Part shown: positions 18,801 through 26,694 of the stretch, piece after piece
Numbering within the stretch: position 1 is the stretch's first letter
Layout of the letters: every line of letters starts with the position of its first letter
Source of the DNA: an uncultured Nitrospira sp.
GTDB taxonomy: Bacteria > Nitrospirota > Nitrospiria > Nitrospirales > Nitrospiraceae
Assembly: GCA_964398045.1 (NCBI GenBank)
Contig: CAYNLM010000001.1
Span: 13,964 to 77,963 of the forward strand
DNA: 64,000 nt
Direction of reading: 5' to 3'
The notes under the pieces: model-generated
Databases searched by the model: none
Told to the model about the DNA's origin: nothing
The model's input: only the letters and a program-made list of their open reading frames with translations
Made by a program: the position numbers and the translations under genes

Positions 18801-19877
18801 GTCTTGGGGGGCGACGGCCCGGCGCCACCCGTCACCGAGGCTTTCACCAAGGGTCAGCCCGGCGATCTGCTGCCAGGACGCATTGGTGTAGAGCACGCGT
18901 CCTTCTGAATCCGACTCGAAGATGCCGAGAGGCGACGACGCTGCGAGCGACTCGAAGCGCAGGTTCTGGGCTTGCAGCTCTTCGGTCTGTCGGCGGAAAT
19001 CCGATAGAGCGGACTCGAGCCGGCGTGATTGAACTTCCACCGCCTGTTCGTGCACAGTCAGAATGGACTCAAGCGTCGCCACTCTATCCCGCCATACTCT
19101 TAAGCCATCCGCCTCTCCAATCTCGCCCGATCGTGAGGCATCCGGAACGGCAGGCAAGGTGAGATGTTCGTGCTCGAACGGCGCGAGAGCAAGTTTGGTA
19201 GAGAGGCCAAAGGGTTGAAACAGTTCCGCCGTTTCACGCGGTACCGGGACCTTGGCAAACAGAATGACGGCAAACAATTCACCGCTGGGCAGCAGTCCTC
19301 CAAAACCCAACACGGACTGCACACCGAACGGGATGACGAAGTCGTTTTGTTCCGGCACGTAGGGACTGCTGAGGGCGTGCGGCAGGTAGAAGGCATTGAA
19401 GGTCGTTTCGGACTGATCCAAGAGCAACGACGACTCGGCGTTGTTGAGAAACGGCAGGTCAATGTGAAATTGGGCGAAGAGTTGGGCAAACATCGGCAGC
19501 GTGATGAGCGCATCGGCGCTCGCCAGCGGGATCACGCGAAACCGGCTGGACAAGGCGGGATCGTTCCAGCCGGGCACTGCGCCGGTGCCGGCCAACAGGG
19601 TCAGACATTTCAGGTTCGGGGAGGTCGGCTGTGTGCCGAGGCGCGCATCCACCAGGGCTTGCAGGTCAGGGGCGAGCCGCCCATAGGGATGGGTCTTGAA
19701 CAAACGAACGAGCACGCAGGCCGGGTCTCCATCCGGCTGAATCGTGAGGTTGGTGTACAGATAGCGCGTGATCCGATCCGCCGCTTCTTCAATGGATGAC
19801 GCTCCGGCTCCCAGTTGTCGCAGCGCCGCGCCGCAGGCGGCCATGTCTTGCAGGCGAAAGTTCGTCAGGTCGAACAT
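15816..19877 (-). CDS. Hybrid sensor histidine kinase (uncharacterised N-terminal domain, ~4-5 PAS, HisKA, HATPase_c, two receivers)
   Basis: H-box 'ATMSHEIRTPMNGVIG', 'NLVGNAIKFT', 'DTGIGL', 'GGTGLGLAICK'. Receivers 'VCLVDDNATN...IVDMHMPDMDG' and 'LLVVDDNPVN...FMDCQMPEMDG'. Repeated PAS blocks ('...RWVHARSRP...', '...KYVQERCRTDYD...'). Confidence 0.9.
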   Translation of the reverse strand: MFDLTNFRLQDMAACGAALRQLGAGASSIEEAADRITRYLYTNLTIQPDGDPACVLVRLFKTHPYGRLAPDLQALVDARLGTQPTSPNLKCLTLLAGTGAVPGWNDPALSSRFRVIPLASADALITLPMFAQLFAQFHIDLPFLNNAESSLLLDQSETTFNAFYLPHALSSPYVPEQNDFVIPFGVQSVLGFGGLLPSGELFAVILFAKVPVPRETAELFQPFGLSTKLALAPFEHEHLTLPAVPDASRSGEIGEADGLRVWRDRVATLESILTVHEQAVEVQSRRLESALSDFRRQTEELQAQNLRFESLAASSPLGIFESDSEGRVLYTNASWQQIAGLTLGESLGDGWRRAVAPQDREWIVHTWGDIAGQGGEFDAEFRMQRPDGTIRWVHARSRPLRNAMGQIVGHVGTTEDITERKQMDAAALKNQATLAEAQHLAGMGSWELNLTTNVLAWSDEIHRIFETEPSRFGATYEAFLGMVHPDDRAYVDKAYTDSLKNKTPYEIEHRLQMNDGRIKYVQERCRTDYDAAGKPLRSLGTVQDITKRRRLEQTRFKLQQAINHGLDGMGILDADGCYTYINPSHASMYGYTADELLGRSWKELYPPEWVVMIEQLFLPELEHSGQWQGEVVGKKKTGEAFHVELSLALLEEGGQSRHSLVCTCRDITGRKEVERALRDSEARFRLTLETTNDGLWDWHIPTMCASYSPSWMRMVGLEHHEIPLNNLADWKGRIHEDDRPAIDQALENHLAGRTTHFVVEHRLRHHLGRWLWVLVRGKAVEHDEQGRPLRMMGTMIDITERKQMEQDLVAAKDAAEAGARAKAEFLATMSHEIRTPMNGVIGMTGLLLDTVLTPEQQEYVETLRRSGESLLAVINDILDFSKIEAGKLSMEHIAFDLRVTIEDTLELLAVTAQKKHLEVVGMVDTAVPTAMVGDPGRLRQILTNLVGNAIKFTEQGEVLVQVAVVEEDDSSALLRFEVIDTGIGLTEDAKSRLFQAFTQADGSTSRKYGGTGLGLAICKRLTEMMNGEIGLDSLSGTGTQVWFTIRLDKQKVQPGAFLPTAESLRGLRVCLVDDNATNLTLLKYHASAWGMCSDTAQDGPSALALIRSAAAQGTPFDLAIVDMHMPDMDGIQLGRAIKADPALAPTRLVLLTSLGRRGDAHIARSAGFSAYLTKPVRKSQLHDCLRLVMGQSAAAPSAAGTDQASPPLITRHHVAEIQTHNRLLVVDDNPVNQKVAVRMLEKLGYRVDTAGTGKEALAALARHSYSLVFMDCQMPEMDGFETTHEIRRLEAIGKGLEVHIPVVAMTANAMASAREQCLAAGMDDFICKPVRREDLQRVLTRWLKPLPSRERAA

Positions 19878-20094
19878 GCAGCTCCGGCTGCCCGTGGCAG
19901 TCCCCTGTCAGAAAGAGAACGTCTCTCGTTTGTATCGGATGGTGGTCGGTCGGACTTGATGAGGCCGGTCGGGGAAGTCGCCGGTGCCCCTGACTGGATG
20001 GAAGGGTAAAGAAACCAGCCGATGCCCGCATGAATGCGAATGCAATGCGTTTTTCTTATCGGTAGATTGCGGAACAGCTTGAGGAGGAGCCGCG

Positions 20095-20778
20095 CTAATG
20101 AGAGGTAAGGGCGGCCCCGGACGCCTTAAAACTGCCGGCGTAAAATGCGGCTACCTGCGATCGCCGCCCGATCTGCAGCTTGGAATAGATGTTCGCGAGA
20201 TAGTTCTTGATGGTTTTCTCGCTCAGCTGGAGTTGGTCGGCAATTTCCTTGTTGGTCAAGCCTTGGGCCACCAGCGGCAGCAAGCGTTGCTCTTGTGGAG
20301 ACAGCAGCGGTCGTTTGGATTGTCCCGGCGAGGCATACACGTTTTTCAGCCAGTGCAAGGTGTGCTGGGTCAGGCGGGGATCGATCAAGGCATGCCCCGA
20401 GGCGACCGTCTTAATGGCGCGCACCAGCGCATCCGACGCGATGTCCTTGAGAATGTATCCCTGGGCGCCGGAAAGAATGGCCTCCAACACCGTATGGTCG
20501 TCGGCGAAGCTGGTGAGAAACAGCACCCGGGTATTCGGGCGGGCGGCGAGGATGTCGCGGGCGGCGTCCACTCCGCTGCCGTCGGGCAGACGAATGTCCA
20601 GGAGGACGACATCCGGTTTGAGGCGAAGGGTCAACTTGTTCGCCTCTTCCTTGCCTGCGGCCTGACCGACGACTTTCATGCCGGGCGTCAGGTCCAGAAC
20701 GGCTCCGAGTCCGATGCGGACCACTTCGTGATCATCGACGATCAGGAGACGGACCAGTTTCGATTTCGGCGTCCTCAT
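20095..20778 (-). CDS. NarL/FixJ-family response regulator (receiver + LuxR-type HTH)
   Basis: 'LLIVDDHEVVR', 'VVLLDIRLPDGSG', HTH 'LTNKEIADQLQLSEKTIKNYLANIYSKLQ'. ATG 20778 with GGAGG RBS. It overlaps the upstream kinase 3' end by 47 nt. The ORF track extends to 21006. Confidence 0.85.
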   Translation of the reverse strand: MRTPKSKLVRLLIVDDHEVVRIGLGAVLDLTPGMKVVGQAAGKEEANKLTLRLKPDVVLLDIRLPDGSGVDAARDILAARPNTRVLFLTSFADDHTVLEAILSGAQGYILKDIASDALVRAIKTVASGHALIDPRLTQHTLHWLKNVYASPGQSKRPLLSPQEQRLLPLVAQGLTNKEIADQLQLSEKTIKNYLANIYSKLQIGRRSQVAAFYAGSFKASGAALTSH

Positions 20779-23008
20779 GAGGGGCCTCCAAGGGAAGATC
20801 GATGGTGATACAGGTGCCGTGGCGCGGCTTGCTGTCCAGAGAAAACCGGGCATGGATGCGCTTGGCCCGCGCCGCCATGTTCGCGAGGCCGTGGCCGGGC
20901 TTGCGCTTGGTTTTGGGATCGACCCCGATGCCGTCGTCGCAAATCTGCATACGAATCGCTCCGTCGACACGGCTGAGCCGCACCCAGCGGTGGGTGGCCC
21001 GCGCATGGCGGATGCTGTTGCTCAACGCTTCTCGGGCGATATTGAGCAGTTGTTCTCCCTGCTCGGAGGTGATCATCGCGATCACGGTATCCTTGATGTC
21101 GAGCTCGGGAGCCGTCTCACCGGCCGGAGAGAAGGAGGCGGTCAGGTGCCGCAAGGCTTGTCCGAAATCCAGGGTGGTGGAGGTCTCTTGCCTCAACAAG
21201 GCGATGAACTGCCGGACGTCTCCGACCAGCCGATTGAGATGATCGATGGCTTGCGTGGTATACGATTTGGATTTGCGCGGAGCCTTGCTGAACGTCAGCT
21301 TGCTCGCTTCGAGCTGCATGCCGACGGCGTAGAGCGATTGGAGGATATTGTCGTGCAAGTCCTGGCTGAAGCGCTCGCGCTCTTCCGCGGCGCGGCGCCG
21401 CTCGGTGACATCCTGCACGACGGCCAGGAGGAGAGGGCCCGGGTGGTTCGGGAGTTCCATGTGCGTGGCCTTCACCGAAACCCAGATCGTGTCGCCCGAT
21501 TTCCGCACGTAGCGCTTCTCAAGCGTATACTGCGGCTGCTCGCTGCGATAAAACGCCTCCGCGAGTGTCAGATTCTTAGGAAGGTCGTCCGGATGCGTGT
21601 AGAGATCATACGTGCGTCCGATCAAATCCTCTTCGCCGTAGCCGGTCAGGGCGCAAAAGGCCTTGTTGGCGCTGAGAAGGCGTCGCTGGTTATCCAGGAT
21701 GACCAAGCCGATCGGGGCTTCCGCCACGAAGCGCTGCAGCCGTAATTCGCTGGCCCGCAGGGCATCTTCGGCCAATTTGCGTTCCGTCATGTCCTCGCAG
21801 ACAATCAGGATGGTGATGCGGCCCTGGCCGTCCACGATACTTCTCGCCCGCTCTTTGACCCAGAGCCGGCTGCCATCCTTCCGGACTTTGCCGATCTCCC
21901 ACGCAAATGTCTGGAGAGGATTTTCTGTGCAGATCCGGAGTTGGTCCAGTACCGTCGGATGGTCGGCGGGATCGGACATCAGCAGGACGGAGGCGCCGAG
22001 GAGCTCGTCCCGTCTATACCCCAGATGCTCCGCTCCGAATCGGTTGACGGAGAGGATCCTTCCTGTCGGGCATAGGGTGAAATACATGGAAGGGTTATCC
22101 TCGTAGAACGAAAGGTACCGTTGCTCGCTCTCTTTGAGCGCGGCCTCGGCCCGTGTATGCTCCGTCACATCTTCGTAGAGCGCGAACGCCAGCAACAAGC
22201 AACCCTCGCCATCGCGAAGGAAGGTCGGCCAGAGCCTGAGGTCCAACAACGTTCCATCTTTCCGGCACCGGCGGATATGGACCGGGCCGGCAATGGATCC
22301 GGCCAATCCTTGCTGAAACAAGGCGTCGGCGTCGGCCTCTTCGCCGGCCGGCACATACGGCAGCTCCCGGCCCAGGACTTCTTCGGCCGTCCATCCAAAC
22401 AGGGTTGTGGCCGCCGGATTCCACCCTGTCACTCTTGCTTCCGCATCCACGGACACGATCGGAAGCGGGGATGCGGCAATCAACATCTGAAGCGTCCGAT
22501 TGGATTCCCGCAGCGCCTGTTCGGTCCGGCTGCGCTCGGAAATATCGAGCGCCATCGCGACGAAGGCGTCTCGGCATTGAAACGTGGAGAGTTGCAGGCG
22601 AATGTCGGTCGGATACCGGCTGCCGTCTTTCCGGCGATGCAGCGTGGTGATGGTGACGGAGTCGGCTGCCCCCGCGCGTAAGGGGTCGGTCAGCGCCTGG
22701 AAATCATCCGGCGTGATGTCGGGCGTCAGCGCGAAGGGGGGCATGGCTCGAAGCTCGTCCATAGTGTAGCCCAGGTTGACGAGCGCGCTGCGATTCACAT
22801 AGAGCCATTCAAAGGTATCGGTGGAAAAAATGTAGATTTCGTTGAGCGAACCGTCCAGGAGGCGGCCGAAATCCCGCTCTCGCTCTTGTGATGCCGTGGG
22901 CCTTGCCGGAGGAAGCGTGCCTCGGCGCTCCAACTCGCGGTGTATGGCCTGAATGTGAGCGAGGAGTTCCTCGGTGCTGACTTTTTGGGCGCTCGCATCG
23001 ACACCCAT
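20732..23008 (-). CDS. Cytoplasmic multi-PAS sensor histidine kinase (HisKA_3 / NarX-type)
   Basis: Four PAS-like blocks. HisKA_3 'FSQDLHDNILQSLYAVGMQLE'. HATPase 'EALSNSIRHA', 'CDDGIGV', 'GHGLANMAARA'. First ATG at 23008; the ORF track begins at TTG 23029. Confidence 0.85.
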   Translation of the reverse strand: MGVDASAQKVSTEELLAHIQAIHRELERRGTLPPARPTASQERERDFGRLLDGSLNEIYIFSTDTFEWLYVNRSALVNLGYTMDELRAMPPFALTPDITPDDFQALTDPLRAGAADSVTITTLHRRKDGSRYPTDIRLQLSTFQCRDAFVAMALDISERSRTEQALRESNRTLQMLIAASPLPIVSVDAEARVTGWNPAATTLFGWTAEEVLGRELPYVPAGEEADADALFQQGLAGSIAGPVHIRRCRKDGTLLDLRLWPTFLRDGEGCLLLAFALYEDVTEHTRAEAALKESEQRYLSFYEDNPSMYFTLCPTGRILSVNRFGAEHLGYRRDELLGASVLLMSDPADHPTVLDQLRICTENPLQTFAWEIGKVRKDGSRLWVKERARSIVDGQGRITILIVCEDMTERKLAEDALRASELRLQRFVAEAPIGLVILDNQRRLLSANKAFCALTGYGEEDLIGRTYDLYTHPDDLPKNLTLAEAFYRSEQPQYTLEKRYVRKSGDTIWVSVKATHMELPNHPGPLLLAVVQDVTERRRAAEERERFSQDLHDNILQSLYAVGMQLEASKLTFSKAPRKSKSYTTQAIDHLNRLVGDVRQFIALLRQETSTTLDFGQALRHLTASFSPAGETAPELDIKDTVIAMITSEQGEQLLNIAREALSNSIRHARATHRWVRLSRVDGAIRMQICDDGIGVDPKTKRKPGHGLANMAARAKRIHARFSLDSKPRHGTCITIDLPLEAPHEDAEIETGPSPDRR

Positions 23009-23204
23009 GGGGCAGTCCTCAAACGGCAAGGTCGGATGCCGGCCTGGAAGGATCGGGGACTTCCGGAGGTCTCCCGGTCGGCAGAAAACTACGATACGAC
23101 AGTGACGATGAAGAATTCAATCGAAGAGAAGAGACCTAAGTAGTCGAACAAGATGCGCTGATTAGGACTCAGAACCGGTGTCGCGCAAACGAAAGGCTGC
23201 GCTC

Positions 23205-23885
23205 CTATGTCCGTAGGAGAGGATCGTCCGTCGTGGAGAGGGTGGCTCGAAGAAACCACGCGACGGCTTCCGTTCGCCGCTTGACGTGGAGCTTGTCGAA
23301 AATATTGGCGAGGTAGTTTTTCACGGTTTTGTCGCTGAGGCGCAACTGGAGCGCGATCTCTTTGTTCGTTTTGCCGTCAGCCAGGAGCGGCATGATCAGG
23401 CGCTCCTGAGGCGACAGTTGAGCCAGCCCCTGGGGCAGGACTCCCATGCGCGCTCTGGTCCTGATCCAATGGAGCGCCTGATGGGCGATCCGGGGGTCGA
23501 GGTAACCGCGGCCTTCGGCCACGGTGTGAATGGCGCGAATCAAATCGTCGGTCCTGACATCCTTGAGCACATAGCCGTGCGCGCCGCTTTGGACCGCCGC
23601 CACCACGGTCGCGTCCTCCGCATAACTGGTCAGCACCAGGATGCGGATATCCGGGGAAACGGCCAGCAGGCGCCGGCAGACGTCCATGCCGGAGGCATCC
23701 GGGAGCCGGACATCCAGCAGGACCAACTGTGGATGCAGACGTTCGACGAGCGCGACCGCGTCTGCGGCCGTTTCCGCCTCTCCAATGACGCGCAGGTCTC
23801 CTTCGAGGTCCAGAAATGACCGCAGTCCTTTCCGGACCAGTTCGTGATCGTCGACGATGATGAGGCGGATCGGGGGGCGTTTCAT
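23205..23885 (-). CDS. NarL/FixJ-family response regulator
   Basis: 'LIIVDDHELVR', 'LVLLDVRLPDASG', HTH 'KTNKEIALQLRLSDKTVKNYLANIFDKLH'. ATGA overlap with the upstream kinase. Confidence 0.9.
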   Translation of the reverse strand: MKRPPIRLIIVDDHELVRKGLRSFLDLEGDLRVIGEAETAADAVALVERLHPQLVLLDVRLPDASGMDVCRRLLAVSPDIRILVLTSYAEDATVVAAVQSGAHGYVLKDVRTDDLIRAIHTVAEGRGYLDPRIAHQALHWIRTRARMGVLPQGLAQLSPQERLIMPLLADGKTNKEIALQLRLSDKTVKNYLANIFDKLHVKRRTEAVAWFLRATLSTTDDPLLRT

Positions 23886-24682
23886 ACGGGTGTCAAAATG
23901 GGTTCTAAGGTAAATTCGGCCATGATCTTCGTGCCGCGACCGACGTGCGAGCGGATCGTCAGCTGGCCGCCGAGCTTTTTGGCTCGTGCCGCCATATTGG
24001 AGAGGCCGTACCCGGCGACCTGTTGCCGGTGCGGTTCGAAGCCGTTCCCATTGTCGTCAATCGCCAACCGCACGCGTGACCCGCGTGTCTGCAGAACGAC
24101 GCTGGCTTGGGTGGCGCCTGAGTGGCGGGCGCAATTGCTGAGCGCTTCCCTGACGATGTTCAGGATTTCCCGTTCTTCTTCACCCGTGAGAAGGTCCACC
24201 GCCGCCGGCTGGAGCTCCAAAGCAATCTGCATCCGGCCGACTTGTGAGTACGTATTGACCAGTCCGCGGAGCTCCGAGGAGAGGTCGAATTCCTCGACGG
24301 TGCCGCGTTCCAGCCCGGTGATCATCCGCCGAATGTCCTGAATCAACGCATTCAACTGATCGACCACCTGCCCGGTCGACGATCGGTTCGTCCCGGAGAC
24401 CGCCGAACTGAGGCGATGGGATTGTTCGAGGTTGAGCCCGATGGCATACAGGGATTGCAGCACGCAGTCGTGGAGGTCCCGGCCGATCCGCCCACGGTCT
24501 TCCAGCAGGGCGCTGAGGCGTTGCTCGGACGCACGTAAGGCCTGTGCCAGATCGCCGGACTGTGGGGAGCCTGCCTTCGGCGGGGCACCAGTCGGGGTTT
24601 CAGCATGGAGCCCGCGTGGGGCGTCGGACACTCGTTGGTTTGATCCGTGAACCAGACGCAGTCGTTGCTCGTCCCGTCTCAT
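23882..24682 (-). CDS. Small soluble HisKA_3 histidine kinase without recognisable sensor domain
   Basis: 'IGRDLHDCVLQSLYAIGLNLE', 'EALSNCARHS', 'DDNGNGF', 'GYGLSNMAARA'. Only about 60 aa precede the DHp. ATG 24682 has a GAGG RBS; the ORF track begins at GTG 24730. Confidence 0.8.
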   Translation of the reverse strand: MRRDEQRLRLVHGSNQRVSDAPRGLHAETPTGAPPKAGSPQSGDLAQALRASEQRLSALLEDRGRIGRDLHDCVLQSLYAIGLNLEQSHRLSSAVSGTNRSSTGQVVDQLNALIQDIRRMITGLERGTVEEFDLSSELRGLVNTYSQVGRMQIALELQPAAVDLLTGEEEREILNIVREALSNCARHSGATQASVVLQTRGSRVRLAIDDNGNGFEPHRQQVAGYGLSNMAARAKKLGGQLTIRSHVGRGTKIMAEFTLEPILTPV

Positions 24683-24825
24683 AGAAGCCTCGCAAGAGAT
24701 GAGTTCCAAGTCGGCGCCCCCGCGCCTCACGATTGTTCAATTATCGGCTCGACATCATACGTCGTCCGGCGGGGTGTTCGTCACCTGTCGCACCCGCCAG
24801 GGGCCGGCGTCCGTCATCCATGGGT

Positions 24826-25374
24826 TTATGATGCAATCAATCCGGTCCCCAGAGCCCGTGCGACGGCTTGTGTGCGGGAAGTGACGTCGAGTTTTTCAAA
24901 GATGCCGCCCACATGAAACCGGACCGTCCGTTCGCTCAGTCCAAGAATTCTGGCGATTTCCCAGTTGGTCTTCCCATCCTTCATCCACTGCAAGACCGTC
25001 AGTTCACGGGGCGAGAGGTGGCAGGAGCGCTTGGCGCACGCCATGGATCCTGGCTTGGCGCTGTCGATCCGAGCCTGGGCTTTGGAAAGACAGAAAATGA
25101 AATAGCTCAACACGTGATAGGTGCGCTCGCTCGATGAGGGACTCTTTCCACGGAATCCGCCCTGTTCCCACCTGTCCGACCCCCGGTCGTGGGTGTGGCC
25201 GAATAGTTCCGGCAACTCGGTCACCAGCCGTTCAAGGTCGCGTCTCTTTTCTGCGACGAGGATGCGGTGCATGAACGAGAGGGCGGCGACTAGTTCGCCT
25301 TTTGAGAGACAGTTGAAGACGTCGGTTACCGGCAACCTCGTGTGCTCTTCAGTCATAGAATGGATTTGTTTCAT
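24826..25374 (-). CDS. LuxR-family transcriptional regulator, QS-type HTH with short (~115 aa) atypical N-terminal domain
   Basis: C-terminus 'LSPRELTVLQWMKDGKTNWEIARILGLSERTVRFHVGGIFEKLDVTSRTQAVARAL' resembles LasR/LuxR-type HTH (GKTSWEIS...TVxFH). It begins 46 nt downstream of the P450 stop. Confidence 0.75.
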   Translation of the reverse strand: MKQIHSMTEEHTRLPVTDVFNCLSKGELVAALSFMHRILVAEKRRDLERLVTELPELFGHTHDRGSDRWEQGGFRGKSPSSSERTYHVLSYFIFCLSKAQARIDSAKPGSMACAKRSCHLSPRELTVLQWMKDGKTNWEIARILGLSERTVRFHVGGIFEKLDVTSRTQAVARALGTGLIAS

Positions 25375-25420
25375 GTGTGCCCTCGCTATTGAATGAAATC
25401 GTTGTAGAGCACTCTTTCTT

Positions 25421-26635
25421 TCATGCCGAATCGGTGGTCTTCAGTTTCAGAGGTAATTGTTGGTATCCGAACACCACGAGGCTAGTGCTCTGCCGAATAG
25501 CCGGGGATGTCCCATGCCCAATAACTGGGTAGCGATCGAGCAGCGTGTTGAGCGTAATGGATGCCTCTGCGCGCGCAAGTGGCGCCCCGAGGCAGTAATG
25601 GATGCCCATGCCGAAGGCGACATGGTTGCGGAGGTCACGATCAAGCCGGAATTCATCGGGATTCGGAAATTCGGCGGGGTCGCGATTGGCGGCTCCATAG
25701 TAGATCGAGACGGTGGCGCCTTTTGGAAGCCGGACGCCGGAGATTTCTACTTCGCGTGTCGTGTGACGAGGAAGGCGTTGAATGGGACTTTCGAAGCGCA
25801 GCGTTTCTTCGATGACCGCATCGACCAGACTGCGATCTGTTCGAAGCTGTCCCCAAAGTTCAGGGCGATCCGCCAGAATGCCGAGCATGTTACCAATGAG
25901 GTTGGTGGTGGTTTCATTGCCGGCGATGAGGAGGAGCATGCAAAACCCGAGGATCTCTGCATCGTCCAGCGACTCTCCTTCAACCTCTGCTTCCACCAGC
26001 GCTGTGATGAGATCTTCTGCTCCGTGAGTGCGTCTTGCAGCGGCCATCTTCCCAAAATATGTCGCCATCTCTCTGTTACTGGCGGCTCGTTCCTCCGGTG
26101 CCATTGAACTGAAAGCAAGGAAAGCGTCGCTCCAGCGCTTCAGCGTCACATAATCTTCACCAGGTATGCCTAACAGGCGGGCGATGACCTTGACCGGGAG
26201 GGGGATTGCATACGACGAAATCATGTCCCGCTCTCCCGTCCCGATCTCATCCAACAGTTCATCCACCACACTCTGAATCCATGGTGTCAGAGCCTCAATC
26301 CGTTTTAGCGTGAAAGTCTTGTTGACCAAGCGGCGGAAGCGAGTATGGCGTGGGGGATCGTCTTGGATGAGTGCGAGTTTGGGTGCAATTTTCCCGGCCA
26401 GCGGGTTTTGACCGGACACGAACGTGTCGTGATCTCTGAGAGCGTTGTACACGTCGTGATACTTCATCAACGCCCAAGCCCTGATGGGCTCATCAATGCC
26501 GGAAACCGCGCCGGCAGGCAGAAACACATAGTTCAAGGGCGAGTGTTCGCGCAGCTCGTGATAGTGAGGGTAGGGATCGGCAATCACGTCCGGACTTGAC
26601 AGTCGGTCTGCACTGATGGCGAAGGTCGTACTCAT
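25421..26635 (-). CDS. Cytochrome P450
   Basis: I-helix 'LLIAGNETTTN', ExxR 'EETLRF', Cys-heme loop 'FGMGIHYCLGAPLA'. ATG 26635 has a GAGGAGG RBS. The ORF track extends to 26704. Confidence 0.9.
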   Translation of the reverse strand: MSTTFAISADRLSSPDVIADPYPHYHELREHSPLNYVFLPAGAVSGIDEPIRAWALMKYHDVYNALRDHDTFVSGQNPLAGKIAPKLALIQDDPPRHTRFRRLVNKTFTLKRIEALTPWIQSVVDELLDEIGTGERDMISSYAIPLPVKVIARLLGIPGEDYVTLKRWSDAFLAFSSMAPEERAASNREMATYFGKMAAARRTHGAEDLITALVEAEVEGESLDDAEILGFCMLLLIAGNETTTNLIGNMLGILADRPELWGQLRTDRSLVDAVIEETLRFESPIQRLPRHTTREVEISGVRLPKGATVSIYYGAANRDPAEFPNPDEFRLDRDLRNHVAFGMGIHYCLGAPLARAEASITLNTLLDRYPVIGHGTSPAIRQSTSLVVFGYQQLPLKLKTTDSA

Positions 26636-26694
26636 GTCTCGGTCCTCCTCATCGGAAGGTGGCCACTTAGGATGTTCAGGTTTTCCTGGATCCG

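Noticed and set aside
20732-20778. 47-nt overlap between the PAS kinase 3' end and the downstream NarL-type RR (considered as a sign of a frameshift or pseudogene).
   Set aside because: Both ORFs have complete domain sets. The RR ATG has a good GGAGG RBS. Overlaps of this size occur in kinase/RR pairs. There is no evidence of disruption.
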